Positions 37,354 to 53,559 of a stretch of DNA of 64,000 nt are shown here, piece after piece. The notes below the pieces were generated by a model. The model saw only the letters and a program-made list of their open reading frames with translations. It was not told where the DNA came from and made no database searches. Numbering within the stretch: position 1 is the stretch's first letter; every line of letters begins with the position of its first letter. The stretch is from Eledone cirrhosa (taxonomy: Eukaryota), in the NCBI GenBank assembly GCA_964016885.1, contig OZ024742.1, positions 142,662,001-142,726,000 of the forward strand. Direction: 5' to 3'. The translations under genes and the position numbers were made by a program.

Positions 37354-37501
37354 GCATATATTTTGATTATGTGAATATCTTCATTTGTTAATATTTTGAA
37401 TAATATATATATATATATATAAATATGCTCGATGATTGGGTTATCAGGGTTAAATATTAGAGAAGGTTAATATTTAGTGTACACGGATAAGCAGAGCTGT
37501 G

Positions 37502-37603
37502 ATAGGCAAAATGATTAATGAAAGAGTTACAAGCCTTTAAAACATATCTTTATAAAGATATGTTTTAACGGCTTGTAACTCTTTCATTAATCATTTTGCC
37601 TAT
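37502..37603. repeat. Loopless palindrome (~51-bp arms); a related copy lies at 42441-42580
   Basis: ATAGGCAAAATGATTAATGAAAGAGTTACAAGCC..CTTTA/TAAAG..GGCTTGTAACTCTTTCATTAATCATTTTGCCTAT. Confidence 0.9.
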
Positions 37604-37678
37604 GCATATACATATATATATATATATATATATCACATAAGAAATGGAGAATCAGTGTTGCGATGAATAAAATTTATT

Positions 37679-37775
37679 AGACATATTACAATCGTCTCTC
37701 TGGCGACCAGCTCGAGGCACAATCGATGCATTGATCGAACCTGACTCTGAAATCGCAAGGTCCTCAGATACGTCT
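37679..37775 (-). ncRNA. Hammerhead-like fold with a mutated core (GAGAC in place of GAAAC)
   Basis: Minus strand reads AGACGTAT-CTGAGGA-[long stem II]-GAGAC-GATT-GTA/ATATGTCT; stem I is 8 bp. Confidence 0.5.
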
Positions 37776-37949
37776 CGATTCTACGAAGCAGAGTTTCCAA
37801 ATACTCTGTTCTGTAAGAGCATCGAGTGCTCAAACGGCCTACCGCTTACGGGCGCTTTAAGCATATATATATCATCATCATCATCATCATTGTTTAATGT
37901 CTATCTTCCATGCTAGCATGGGTTTAGATGGGTATATACATATATATAC

Positions 37950-37980
<31 letters not shown>

Positions 37981-38308
37981 CATATATATATATTTATATA
38001 TGTATATATATATATATATATATCATATTCGATAAATATTCCGCTACTGCTGACGCGAAGCGCTACTTTCGGTTATTTGTCGGAGATTCCTTCATAGAAG
38101 CCTCATTATATAGCCTGGTCTATTCGATTTCTTATATAGTTAATTATGCTAATTGGGAGAGGAAATAGTTTATATTTTATCTTGTGATTCTATAGACATG
38201 TTTTATGATATATAGCTCTGATTGTTTAATTTATTAATTTTTCATTGAGCCACAAAGTGACCAGTTGCAAAACACGTATATGTATGTGTATGTATATATA
38301 TATGTAAA

Positions 38309-38388
<80 letters not shown>

Positions 38389-38490
38389 GTATTTATTTAT
38401 ATATATATATATATATATGTATATATTTATATATATGTATATATATATGTGTATATATTTATATATATATATATGTATATATTTATATAT

Positions 38491-38827
38491 ATGGCTTAGT
38501 GGTTAGAGCATTGGCCTTGCAATCGAAAGGTTGTGAGTTCAATTCTCAGACCAGGTGATGTGTTGTTTCCTTGAGCAAGACACTTTATTTCACATTGCTC
38601 CAGTTTACTCAGCTATAGAAATGAGATGATAGGGACTGGGGTCCCTATCATTCCACTGCAAAGTGGTCGTGGAGGTGCCACGGCAAAAAAGCACCCAGCA
38701 CTCACTGTAAATGAGATTGATGTTAGGAAGGACATCCAGCTGTAGAAATCAAGCCAGAAATAGTTCCTGTCCCACCCTTGCAAGCAGGGAAAAGCGGAGG
38801 TAAAATGATGATGATGATGATGATGAT
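38491..38827 (+). mobile_element. tRNA-derived SINE with RTE tail
   Basis: Same family as 22739-23072. Confidence 0.9.
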
Positions 38828-38930
38828 ATATATATATATATAGTAATAATAATAAATTTGAAGACTAAATCCAAAGAGGGCTCGATAAGGATAAATATAT
38901 ATCAAATATATAAGATCCGTAGAGTAAATA

Positions 38931-39126
38931 TTTATTAAAATAACAGATTAAAGTTTAAGCAAAGAATCACTGCTTTCACCCTTAACGGGATCTTCTGAAA
39001 CTAAAAAACTCAATCTGTGAACGTAGAAGTAAATATTTCAAAAAACGTTGCAACCATTTCAGAAGATCCCGTTAAGGGTGAAAGCAGCGATTCTTTGCTT
39101 AAACATTAATCTGTTATTTTAATAAA
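38931..39126. repeat. Inverted repeat (~70-bp arms); single-arm copies at ~23090-23157 and ~33110-33178
   Basis: TTTATTAAAATAACAGATTAA..CCCTTAACGGGATCTTCTGAAA / TTTCAGAAGATCCCGTTAAGGG..TTAATCTGTTATTTTAATAAA. Confidence 0.88.
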
Positions 39127-39130
39127 TAAT

Positions 39131-39169
<39 letters not shown>

Positions 39170-39341
39170 GAAGAGATATATTCGATATGTCTCATATGAA
39201 ATAATACAGCCAATTTTCCACGCAATACTTTTAGTTAGCACCCCGAACGCATAATTGGGAATATAATCACTTATTTCCTAATGTTTGTTGAGTGAGTTGG
39301 AATTTGGCCGGAGTATCGCTAAAAAGCTTTCTCCGATATTG

Positions 39342-39394
<53 letters not shown>

Positions 39395-39424
39395 TTATAT
39401 ATATATATATACATATATATAAAT

Positions 39425-41679
39425 AAAATACAAATTTAGGAAAGCCCTTCAAGATGTGTATGACGAAAAAGAAGACAATTTAGAGACGTATGACATAGAT
39501 AATAACTGGAATTTCTTAGGTAACAACTTACTGAGGCTACTGATGAAACTTGTGGCTGGAGCAGAGCTCCAACCAGACAGAGAGTGACCTGGGGGGTGGA
39601 ACAGCACAGTAGATAAGGCCATTAGAGACAAAAGACTAGCATGGAAGGCTTGGAAAAAGGGTGGGAGTAGAAAAGGATATACAGCCGCTAAGAGAGAAGC
39701 TAGACGTCAGGTGTACTTAGCACGCAGGGAGGCAGAGAGTAGGAGGTTTGCCAATGTTCTGCGACCGGAAGATCAGAGGCGTGCGGTGTTCCACATTGCA
39801 AGGCAGTGTGTCAATGCAAATCAGGATGTTGTTGGAGATAAATGTGTCCGGAATGATAAATGTGTCACGAATGATCAGAAAAGGGAGGCCTGGAAATGTC
39901 ATTATGAGAGACTGATGAATGTGGAGAACGAATGGGAGAGAGAGAAATTACCCTCAGTAGATCCGACAGAGGGACCAGCTATTGAGATTGACGAATATAG
40001 GGTCCAAGAGGCGATTAAGGAAATGAAAAATGGTAAGGCTGCTGGACCATCGGGGATAGTTGCTGAGATGCTGAAGGCATCAGGGGACGTAGGCACTAAA
40101 CTGGTTGCACGCATCATCAATCAGGCTATATATGGTGGTGTCATACCCAAAGACTGGTGCAGCAGTATTCTCATAAATTGCTACAAAGGTAAAGGGGATG
40201 CTCTGCAGAGGAGCAATTATAGGGGTATGAAGCTGATGGATCAGGTTATGAAAGTGGCAGAAAGGATATTAGCACAACCAATTAGAGAAAGGGTCAAACT
40301 AGATGAGATGCAGTTTGGTTTTGTGCCTGGGAAGAGTACAACAGAGGCCCTCTTCTTGGTGAGACAATTACAAGAGAGGTTCTTAGAGAAAAATAAGCCA
40401 CTATACTTAGCCTTTGTTGACCTATAAAAGGCCTTTGATAGGGTATCCCGATCTGTCATCTGGTGGTCCCTAAGGAAACTAGGTGTTGAGGAATGGCTTG
40501 TGAGGACAGTGCAAACTTTGTACAGAGGTACTGTCAGTAAAGTCAGAGTAGGAATGGAGTTTAGTGAGGAATTCCAGGTACAAGTAGGAATACATCAAGG
40601 TTCGGTCCTCAGCCTGCTCTTGTTCATTATAGTCCACCAAGCCATAACAGAGGAGTTTAAGACTGGCTCTCCATGGGAACTTCTCTATGCTGACGATCTG
40701 GTTCTTATAGCAGAATCAGTTGAGGAGATAGAGAATAAATTCTGGCTATGGAAACAGCAGTTGGAAGCAAGAGGACTGAGAGTGAACCTAGCTAAGACAA
40801 AAGTGTTGATGAGTAGAAAAGAGGACAAAACTCTGATTCCGTCAGGGAAATGGCCATGTTCGATATGCAGAAAAGGAACTGGCATAAATTCTATAAAATA
40901 CACACAATGCAGATCTTGAATACACAAGAGGTGTAGCGGGATAGCATGCAAACTAACAGGTAGGGAGAAATACGTATGCAGTAGATGTACAGGGAAATTA
41001 GACAGTAGAAGTCGCATTGATAGTCACATTTTTCAAATGCAGGCGATGCTAGAGAAGTGGTGGATAGCTTCCGGTACCTAGGAGATCAGATTAGCATGGG
41101 ATGGGGGGGGGGTCCGAGGCCATAGTATCTAGAATAAGGACAGGCTGGAAGAAGTTTAGGGAGCTGCTCCCTATGCTGACGAAGAAGGTTTTCTCCCTGC
41201 GTACGAAAGGCCGATTATATGATGCCTGTGTGAGGAGCGCGATGCTGCATGGTAGTGAGACATGGGCAGCAACTGCAGAGGATATGCGACGGCTGGAGAG
41301 AAATGAGGCAAGCATGCTCCGTTGGATGTGCAGTGTAAATGTGCGTGAACGACCCAGCATGAATGTGTTGACAGAGAAACTGCGTCTGAGAGGGATAGAA
41401 TGTAGTGTGCGAGAGAGGAGACTGAGGTGGTATGGACATGTGATACGCATGGAGGATGACCGATGGGTGAAGAAGTGCCAGGAAATGCCAGTTGAAGGAA
41501 GACGTGGTAGAGGTAGACGACGAAAAACATGGGCGGGGGTGGTGAGAACAGACCTCAGATCGCTGAAGCTCACGGAGATGACGAAGGACCGTGACAAGTG
41601 GAGAGATGCTGTGCTGAATAAGACCCGTCCCACCCTTGCACGCAGGGAAAAGCGGACGTAAAATGATGATGATGATGAT
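39425..41679 (+). mobile_element. RTE family C, 5'-truncated, with stops/frameshifts and an intact 3' end
   Basis: ORFs 39711-40427, 40500-40919 (YADD) and 41101-41661; the stop codon abuts the (GAT)n tail. Confidence 0.92.
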
Positions 41680-41687
41680 CTATATAT

Positions 41688-42252
41688 ATATAAGTTAAAA
41701 CAATGAAATAAAAAATCAAATCATTAGAAATATACTTCACTGCTTTACGATTGTGTCTAGGTGATGATAATACATCGTAACTATACTTCGTTATTGATCT
41801 ATGTAAGGTTAGTTACAAACTATCAGATAAGGAGAATATTTACTTACATGCATATCACCAGCTGTTGTCAAAAGCAATAATAATTTTATTCAAAATTAGT
41901 AGTAAATTAGTATTAGGTTTAGTTCTATGATTTTATTTGGAGGTAGCTGAAGAACTAACCAATCAGATAGTTTTTTTCATATGATGTTAAGATGAAAAAT
42001 AATTCACTTTAGTTGAGGTCATGACCCTTTGAAAGGAATGGTTTAATGGTGTTAATAATAGAATTGCCATGACAACAGCTGGTGATATGCATGTAAGTAA
42101 ATATTCTCCTGATCTGATAGTTTGTAACTAACCTTACATAGATCGATAACGAAGTATAGTTACGATGTATTATCATCACCTAGAAACGATCGTAAAGCAG
42201 TGAAGTATATCTCTAATGACTTGATTTTTTATTTCATTGTTTTAACTTATAT
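41688..42252. repeat. Inverted repeat (~180-bp arms, ~200-bp spacer), related to the 11901-12175 hammerhead element
   Basis: Arms 41688-41870 and 42070-42252; shares CCTAGAAACGATCGT and downstream GGATTACATTGAGTT with 11956-12130. The CUGANGA half-core is not recognisable. Confidence 0.85.
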
Positions 42253-42682
42253 CATGACTCTGTTTTCCTTTGAATGTTTTATTGTTTTCCGGGATTTATT
42301 TTAACCTACAACATTTTCAACATGTGGATTACATTGAGTTTTTCATGCAGACTAGACCCCACAACTTACCGTGGATATCTCTGTGTATATATATATACAT
42401 GTATATATGTATATATGTATATATATGTATGTATGTATATAAAACATATCTTTATAAAGATGTTTTAATGGCTTGTAACTCTTTCATTAATCATTTTGTC
42501 TATCACAGCTCTGCTTATCCGTGTACACTAAACATTAACCTTCTCAAATATTTAACCCTGATAACCCAACCATCGAGCACCTATGCACCCGCTTTTGGCA
42601 TGTAATACTCTTTATACCTCTTTATACCTCCTCTCTATGATACTGTAACTTTTTATTATGTATATATATATATATGTATATA

Positions 42683-45040
<2,358 letters not shown>

Positions 45041-45224
45041 CATCATCATCATCATCATCATTTTTAAATATATGTATGTATATGTATATATATATATGTG
45101 TGTGTGTGTATGTATATATATATGTATATGTATGTGTATATATATGTATATATATATATATATGTATATATATGTATATGTATGTATATGTATATGTATG
45201 TATATATATATATATATATATATA

Positions 45225-46292
45225 TTTATTATTGCCCTTCAGGCTATAACAGTGGAGTTTAAGACCGGCTGCCCATGGGAATTCCTATACGCAGATGATC
45301 TAACGCTCATAGCTGAATCAATGGCTGAACTAGAGAAGAAATTCCAAACATGGAAGCATGGCCTAGAATCAAAAGGCCTTAAAATTAACCTGTCTAAGAC
45401 TAAAGTTCTAGTTTGTAGGAAGGAAAATAGGGCACCGGTCCCATCCGGGAAATGGCCATGCTCAGTGTGTAGGAAAGGAGTAGGTAGAAACTCCATTTTA
45501 TGTCCCAAATGCAAAGTATGGGTGCATAAAAGATGTAGTGGGATCACAGGTAAGCTAACTAAGAACATAGATTTTATATGTGGCCGGTGCTCTGGTGCAA
45601 TAAGTAGCAGCAAGTGCCCACAGAATACTAGCTCATTCCATTGCACAGATGGTTCTATAGAAATAGTGGACACCTTCCGTTACTTGGGTGACAAAATCAG
45701 CAGTGGTGGAGGGTACCCTGAAAGTACAGTAGCTAGAATCAGAACTGGATAGAAAAAGTTCAGAGAGCTTATACCACTATTAGCCACTAAAGGGTTCTCT
45801 CTAAAAATGAAAGGCAGGCTGTATGATGCCTGCATACGAACAGCAATGTTACATGGCAGTGAGACCTGGGCATTGTGTGCAGAGGATATACGCAGACTGT
45901 AGAGGAACGAAGCTTGCATGCTCTGCTGGATGTGTAATAGTAATATACGTGAACGGCAAAGCATAAACGAACTAAGGGAAAAATTAGAAATAAGAGGGAT
46001 CAGATGTTGTTTACTCGAGAGAAGACTACGTTGGTATGGTCACGTGATGCGCATGAAAGACGACAGCTGTATAAAAAAGTGCAGGGCAATAAAAATAGAC
46101 GGTAGCCACAGAGTAGGCAGACCCAGAAAAACCTGGGACGACTTGATAAATTCCGACCTCACACACTTACACCTCTCCAAGACAATGTCACTGGACCGAG
46201 ATCTTCGGCGCTACACAGTAATACAGAAGACTCGCCTTACCTAAGTACAAAGTGAAACCTACTACAGTCAGTAGGCACCTCTAACAAAATAC
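45225..46292 (+). mobile_element. RTE family B fragment (YADD to ORF end)
   Basis: [19 protein letters not shown]-like finger..RRLRWYGHV; premature TAG at 45750. Confidence 0.92.
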
Positions 46293-46294
46293 AA

Positions 46295-46491
46295 AATATT
46301 AAATGTTAAGTGCTAATCGAACAAGTACTTTCATGCTTTCGCAATCTTCAGGTTTATAATGTGTGGTGACAGTCAAGTTTGCAATTTTCAACTGTTGAAA
46401 ATTGCAAACTTGACTGTCACCACACATTATGAATCTGAAGATTGCGAAAGCATGAAAGTACTTGTTCAAGTAACATTTAACATTTAATATT
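46295..46491. repeat. Fold-back palindrome centred at 46393 with a hammerhead-like fold in each arm
   Basis: Plus arm 46430-46468 reads TGAAT-CTGAAGA-t-TGC-GAAA-GCA-t-GAAA-GTAC-TT/GTTCA. Confidence 0.85.
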
Positions 46492-46674
46492 CTACCATAC
46501 TATTTCATTCTAATACCATTATATATTTTAAAGGATTGTAAATAAAACGAGTAAATCAGACAAAGTTGGAATTCCTTTTATTAATATATATATATATGTA
46601 TGTATATATATATGTATATGTATATGTATGTATATATGTATATATATATATATATATATATGTATATGTATATG

Positions 46675-46706
<32 letters not shown>

Positions 46707-46839
46707 CGTGTATATGTATGTATATATAGATATATATATATATATATATACGTGTATATGTATGTATGTATATATATATATATATGTGTATATGTATGTA
46801 TATATATATATATATATATAAATATATATATATATGTAT

Positions 46840-46871
<32 letters not shown>

Positions 46872-46958
46872 GTATATATATATATGCATCTCCATATATA
46901 TATATATGCATATACATATATATATATGCATATACTTATATATATATATGCATATACT

Positions 46959-46989
<31 letters not shown>

Positions 46990-47210
46990 ATATATATATA
47001 TACATACATAAACATATAAATATATATTCATACATATACATATAAATATATATTCATACATATACATATAAATATATATTCATACATATATATATATTTA
47101 TATATATATACATATACATATATATATATACATACATATACATATAAATATATATTCATACATATATATATATTTATATATATATACACGTATATATATA
47201 TATATACATA

Positions 47211-48790
47211 CATCATCATCATCATCATCATCATCATCAGGTTTAGCGTCCGTGTTCCACGCTTGCATGGGTTTGGACGGGGGTTTTCCCACTTGAGGCA
47301 AGAGTGGTTGTCTTGCTCGCATAGGACTATCTGGCGGGTTTTCTACAGTTGGATGCCCTTCCTAACACCAACCACATTTGCAGTGTGGGGCTGGGAGGTT
47401 TTTACCGTGTTGCCTACACGGCCACATTACAGCGTGGACTGTCTGGCGGGTTTTCTACAGCTGGATGCCCTTCCTAACACCAACCACATTTACAGTGTGG
47501 GGCTGGGAGGTTTTTACCGTGTTGCCTACACGGCCACATTTACAGCGTGGACTGTGTGTTTTTGTCGTGACACCTACACGATCTCATTTGTTTCGGCCTG
47601 GATGTTGTGGGACCAACATAACTTTGAAAGGGGCGGTGTGGGTGGGGTGGAGGTGGTGGGACGGGGGTGTGTTTTGATAGAGATGCCTACTGACTGTAGT
47701 AGGTTTTTACTTTGTATTTAGGTAAGGCGGGTCTTCTCTATTACTGAGTACCGCCAAAGGTCTCGGTCCAGTGACATTGTCTTGGAGAGGTGTAAGCGTG
47801 TGAGGTCGGAATTTATCAGCTCGTCCCATGTTTTTCTGGGTCTGCCTACTCCGTGGCTACCGTCTATCTTTATTGCCCTGCACTTTGTTATACAGCTGTC
47901 GTCTTTCATGCACATCACGTGACCGTACCAACGTAGCCTTCTCTCGAGTAAACAACATCTGATCCCTCTTATTTCTAATTTTTTCCTTAGTTCGTTTATG
48001 CTTTGCCGTTCACGTATATTACTATTGCACATCCAGCGGAGCATGCAAGCTTCGTTCCTCTCTAGTCTGCGTATATCCTCTGCACACAATGCCCAGGTCT
48101 CACTGCCATGCAGCATTGCTGTTCGTATGCAGGCATCGTATAACCTGCCTTTCATTTTTAGGGAGAACCCTCTAGCGGCTAATAGTGGTATAAGCTCTCT
48201 GAACTTTTTCCATCCAGTTCTGACTCTAGCTACTGTACTTTCAGAGCACCCTCCCCCACTGCTGATTTTGTCACCCAGATAACGGAAGCTGTCCACTATT
48301 TCTATAGAACCCTCTGCGCAGTTGAAGGAGCTAGTATTTTGTGGGCACTTGCTGCTACTTATTGCACCAGAGCACCGGCCACATGTAAAATCTATGTTCT
48401 TAGTTAGCTTACCTGTGATCCCACTACATCTTTTATGCACCCATACTTTGCATTTGGGACATAAAATGGAGTTTCTACCTACGCCTTTCCTACACACTGA
48501 GCATGGCCATTTCCCAGATGGGACCGCCGCCTTATTTTCTTTCCTACAAACTAGAACTTTAGTCTTAGCCAGGTTAATTTTAAGGCCTTTTGATTCTAGG
48601 CCGTGCTTCCATGTTTGGAATTTCTTCTCTAGTTCGGTCATTGATTCAGCTATGAGCGTTAGATCATCTGCGTATAGGAGTTCCCATGGGCAGCCGGTCT
48701 TGAACTCCTCTGTTATAGCCTGAAGGGCAATAATAAATAGTAGGGGGCTAAGAACAGAGCCCTGATGGACACCAACTTTTACGCTAAACT
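47211..48790 (-). mobile_element. RTE family B 3' half with a ~115-bp tandem duplication in the 3' UTR
   Basis: 307-aa ORF 47718-48641; UTR block CTGGCGGGTTTTCTACAG...ACAGCGTGGACTGT occurs twice. Confidence 0.93.
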
Positions 48791-49129
48791 TTTACGCTAA
48801 ACATATAAATATATATACATACATATACATATAAATATATATTCATACATATACATATATTTATATATATATACATATCACAATAAATTAACGGGGCCAC
48901 TTCTCTGTTTTATTGATGGCGCACTATCTCTCTCTAGTGTGTTACCTTTTCAACATATTATATAGATACATATACATAATACATATACATATATATACAT
49001 ATACATATATATATATATATATATACATACATATATACTTGGGGAGGGTCATGTTGTTGTAATAATACTGCCAGAATTAATAACAGATATACATATATAC
49101 ATATACATATGTACATATACATATACATA

Positions 49130-49717
49130 TCATCATCACCGTTTTACGTCCGTTCTTCCACGCTAGCATGGGTTAGACGGGTTGTCCTGTTGTGAGCAGT
49201 GTCTGGTCGGCTGACCATGCCTTGCTCATACAGGAACTGATCTGGCTTGATTTCTACAGCTGGATGCCCTTCCTAACACCAACCTCATTTACAGTGAGTG
49301 CTGGGTGCTTTTTCGTGGCACCTACACGTCCACTTTACAGTGTGGGCTGGGTGCTTTTTTGCCGTGGCACCTCCACGACCACCTTGCGGTGGGGGTGTGG
49401 GAGCATATTGTCTATATGCTTCAGCTTGTACCCATGGGAGGTCGGGTACTCTGTATTACTGCGTGACGCCAGAAGTCACGGTCGTGTGTCATTGTCTTTG
49501 AGAGGTGTAATTGGGTGAGGTCGGCTTTTATCACCTCATCCCAGGTCATCTTGGGTCTCCCCACTCCGCGGTTTCCATCAACTTCTAGTGCTCTGCACCT
49601 TTTTATGCAGCTGTCATCCTTCATACGCATCACATGTCCATACCAGCGCAACCGCCTCTCCTGCACACAGCATTTGATTCCTCTTATGCTCAGTCTCTCT
49701 CTCAATTCATTTATGCT
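49130..49717 (-). mobile_element. RTE family A 3' fragment flanked by long direct repeats
   Basis: Matches 6177-6765; flanks 49036-49110 and 49743-49817 are duplicated. Confidence 0.93.
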
Positions 49718-50041
49718 TTATATATATATATACATATATATATACTTGGGGAGGGTCATGTTGTTGTAATAATATTGCCAGAATGAATAACAGATATACA
49801 TATATACATATACATATATACATATATATACATATATACATATACATATACATATATATATACATATACATATATATATACATATACATATATATATACA
49901 TATACATATATATATACATAGACATATATATATACATATATATATACATATATATATACATTTACATATATATATACATATACATATATATATATATACA
50001 TATACATATATATATATACATATATATATACATATACATAC

Positions 50042-50087
<46 letters not shown>

Positions 50088-50088
<1 letters not shown>

Positions 50089-50252
50089 CACTGTAAACTT
50101 GGTTGGTGTTAGGAAGGGCATCCAGCCGTAGAAAACCCATCAGACAGTCCTATACGAGCAAGACAACCAATCTTGCCTCAAGTGGGAAAATTCCCGTCCA
50201 AACCCCTGCAAGCATGGAAGATGGACGTTAAACGATGATGATGATGATGATA
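50088..50252 (+). mobile_element. RTE family B terminal 3' fragment
   Basis: TTGGTGTTAGGAAGGGCATCCAGCC..GGACGTTAAAC(GAT)n. Confidence 0.85.
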
Positions 50253-50303
50253 TACATATACATATACATATATATATATATACATGTACACATATATATA
50301 TAC

Positions 50304-50654
50304 ATCATCATCATCATCATCATCATTTCATTTTACGTCCGCTTTTTCCCTGCTTGCAAGAGTGGGACGGAAACTGATTTTGGCAGGTTTTCTATGGCTG
50401 GATGCCCTTCCTAACACCAACCTCATTTACAGTGAGTGCTGGGTGTTTTTTTGCCGTAGCACCTCCACGACCACTTTGCAGTGGAATGATATGGACCCCA
50501 GTCCTATCATCTCATTTCTACAGCTGAGTAAACTGGAGCAATGTGAAATAAAGTGTCTTGCTCAAGGAAACAACGCATCTCCCGGTCTGAGAATTGAACT
50601 CACAACCTTTCGATTGCAAGGACAATGCTCTAACCACTAAGCCATGTGCTTCCA
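50304..50654 (-). mobile_element. tRNA-derived SINE with RTE tail
   Basis: Reverse complement of the 22739 family. Confidence 0.9.
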
Positions 50655-50772
50655 TATATATGTATGTATATATATATGTATATATATATATATATATATA
50701 CATACATACATATATATATATACATATATATATACATACATATATATATATACATACATATATATATATATA

Positions 50773-51885
50773 CATGGTGGCTGCCAACTCGTTTTTGAGT
50801 ACGGCCACTACTTTATATCCATGTTGACAGGTCGGGGATGTTTGAAATTCTACAACTCTATGGGATTCCTGATAAAATCATCGCGGCCATACGTGTAATG
50901 TATACAGATACCGAATCAACTGTCCTGACCCCAGATGGGGAAACACCACCTTTCTCAATCCTCGCTGGAATTTTACAGGCCGATACCCTTACTCCGTATC
51001 TATTTATCATTGTTGTGGATTATGTTTTGCGCATGTCTGTGGATAGGGTTCAGGATAGGGGATACCAACTACAGCCTAGGAGAAGCTCACGCTACCCAGC
51101 AAAATACTTGACCGACACCGACTTTGCTGACGACATCGCATTGATCAGTCGGTCACTGGAAAATGCTGAGAGTCTTTTGAAGTCATTGGAGCAAGCGTCC
51201 AACTGTATTGGACTGTACCTCAACGAATCCAAGACTGAGTGTGTGAACAGATGCGCAAACAGCCCAAACTACCCCATCAGAACCCTTAATGGTACCACCC
51301 TTAAGCAGGTGGAAGATTACAAGTATCTTGGCTCATATATCTCCTCCTCCAAAAAAGATTTTCTAACCAGGAAGGGTATGGCATGGTCAGCGTGCAATGA
51401 CATGCACGCCATATGGACATCTCAACTTACCAACAAGCTAAAACTGGAAATATTCCAATCAACAATTAAGCCCATATTACTTTATGGATCCGAAACTTGG
51501 ACACTAACATCACAACTTGAGAGGATATTGGATGGCACATATACCCGCCTCTTAATGAGAGTGCAAAACCTATCCTGGAAACGACATCCCACCTTGTCTA
51601 AAATCTATGGCAAACTCCCTCGAGCCTCTGCCCTACTAAAATCCTGGAGAGCTCAATTTGCTGGCCACTGTCACCGTGCCAGCAATGAAATCATATCCGC
51701 TCTCTTGCTCTGGAACCCTGACTCCAGTCTGACTAGGAGTAGGAAGCTGTCATTCCCTGATGTTATCTCTAGGGATACGGGAATCAGTAAACAGGACCTG
51801 GGGGCAGCGATGGGGGACAGGGAATTCTGGGGCATGAGGGTGAGATCCATCATCTCGACAGTAGTCGACGAATGATGATGATGAT
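50773..51885 (+). mobile_element. RTE-like LINE 3' fragment from a distinct family, (TGA)n tail
   Basis: 345-aa ORF: YGIPDK, GILQADTLTPYLFII, DFADDIAL, YKYLGS, LLYGSETWT. Confidence 0.88.
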
Positions 51886-52193
51886 ATCCGTGTAGGAGAA
51901 CCCCTACCGATGCGCTAAACGAGTGTGACTTTTTAGTCCAGCCAGCGACTTGAAAACTCTGGTACAAACACTACACTTGTGACAATTACTGACACATAGT
52001 GCTGGGCCCATGGTACCATGTGACGACAAGTGCAGAGATATCTCCAGATATAAAGCAATGCCTGTGCCGTGAAGCTTTTATACTGAGCAAAGGCACTGCA
52101 CAAAGCCAGTCCCACTCTCTTAACCAAGATGATATTTACTAAAAAGAAGAACAAGTCAACATCATTGGATACCATAAGGGTTGCAGGTGTTAT

Positions 52194-52331
52194 ATTGACT
52201 TTCTTTGTACTTGTGAATGTTTGGGGATGTAGTGGGATTTAATGTTAATGAGTAGTAGGGATGTGTGTCTATCCCAGTCTCTCTTTCTATACATATATTA
52301 CATACATATATATGTGTATATATATACATAC

Positions 52332-52382
<51 letters not shown>

Positions 52383-53112
52383 CATCATCATCATCGTCGT
52401 TTAACGTCCATCTTCCACGCTTGCATGGGTTTGGACGGGAATTTTCCCACTTGAGGCAAGATTGGTTGTCTTGCTTGTATAGGACTGTCTGGCGGGTTTT
52501 CTACGGCTGGATGCCCTTCCTAACACCAACCACGTTTACAGTGTGGACTGGGAGCTTTTTACCGTGTTACCTACACGACCACATTACAGCGTGGACTGTG
52601 TTTTTTTGTCATGACACCTACACGACCTCATTTGTTTCGAACTGGATGTTATAAATATATATATATACATATACATACATATACATATATATATATATAT
52701 ACACATATATATATATACATATACATATATATATACATACATATACATATACATATACATATATATATACATACATATACATATACATATATATATACAT
52801 ATACATATATATATACATATACATATATATATACATATATATATACATATATATATACATATATATATACATATATATACATATATATACATATATATAT
52901 ACATATATATACATATATATATACATATATATATACATATACATACATATATACATATATATACATATACATACATATATATATACATATATATACATAT
53001 ACATATATATACATATACATATATATACATATACATATATATACATATACATACATATACATATATATACATATACATACATATACATATATATACATAT
53101 ACATACATATAC

Positions 53113-53143
<31 letters not shown>

Positions 53144-53250
53144 ATATATGTATAGAAAGAGAGACTGGGATTGACACACACATCCCTACTACTCATTAAC
53201 ATTAAATCCCACTGCATCCCCAAACATTCACAAGTACAAAGAAAGTCAAG
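52194..53250. repeat. Inverted repeat pair (~115 bp: 52194-52310 and 53133-53250) enclosing an RTE family B 3' UTR (52382-52650, minus) and microsatellite
   Basis: TTGACTTTCTTTGTACTTGTGAATGTTTGGGGATG... and its reverse complement. Confidence 0.88.
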
Positions 53251-53559
53251 TAAATCACCGTAATTAGCTGCTAATCAAGAAAAATCAAACAACAACAATG
53301 CTGGATGATTCACATATATAACTATAGGGAAAAAAGAAAAAAACTGTAGAGGTCATTTAGTTCAATTCTAAAATAATAAGTATGCTACCACCACTACTAC
53401 TACCATCACCACCACCTCAAATATTTACACAATATATGAGTACCAAGAATAATTTGTAGCTTAGCCTTAAACAATTGTGCAACTTATAAATATATTAGAA
53501 GAGAGGTAAACAACCGTAATCATATTATATTTGTTAATATTAATTAATGATTACCATCA

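Noticed and set aside
51890-52190. Possible Penelope GIY-YIG remnant next to the 52-53 kb inverted repeat
   Set aside because: No recognisable GIY-YIG motif could be read in the frames I translated.
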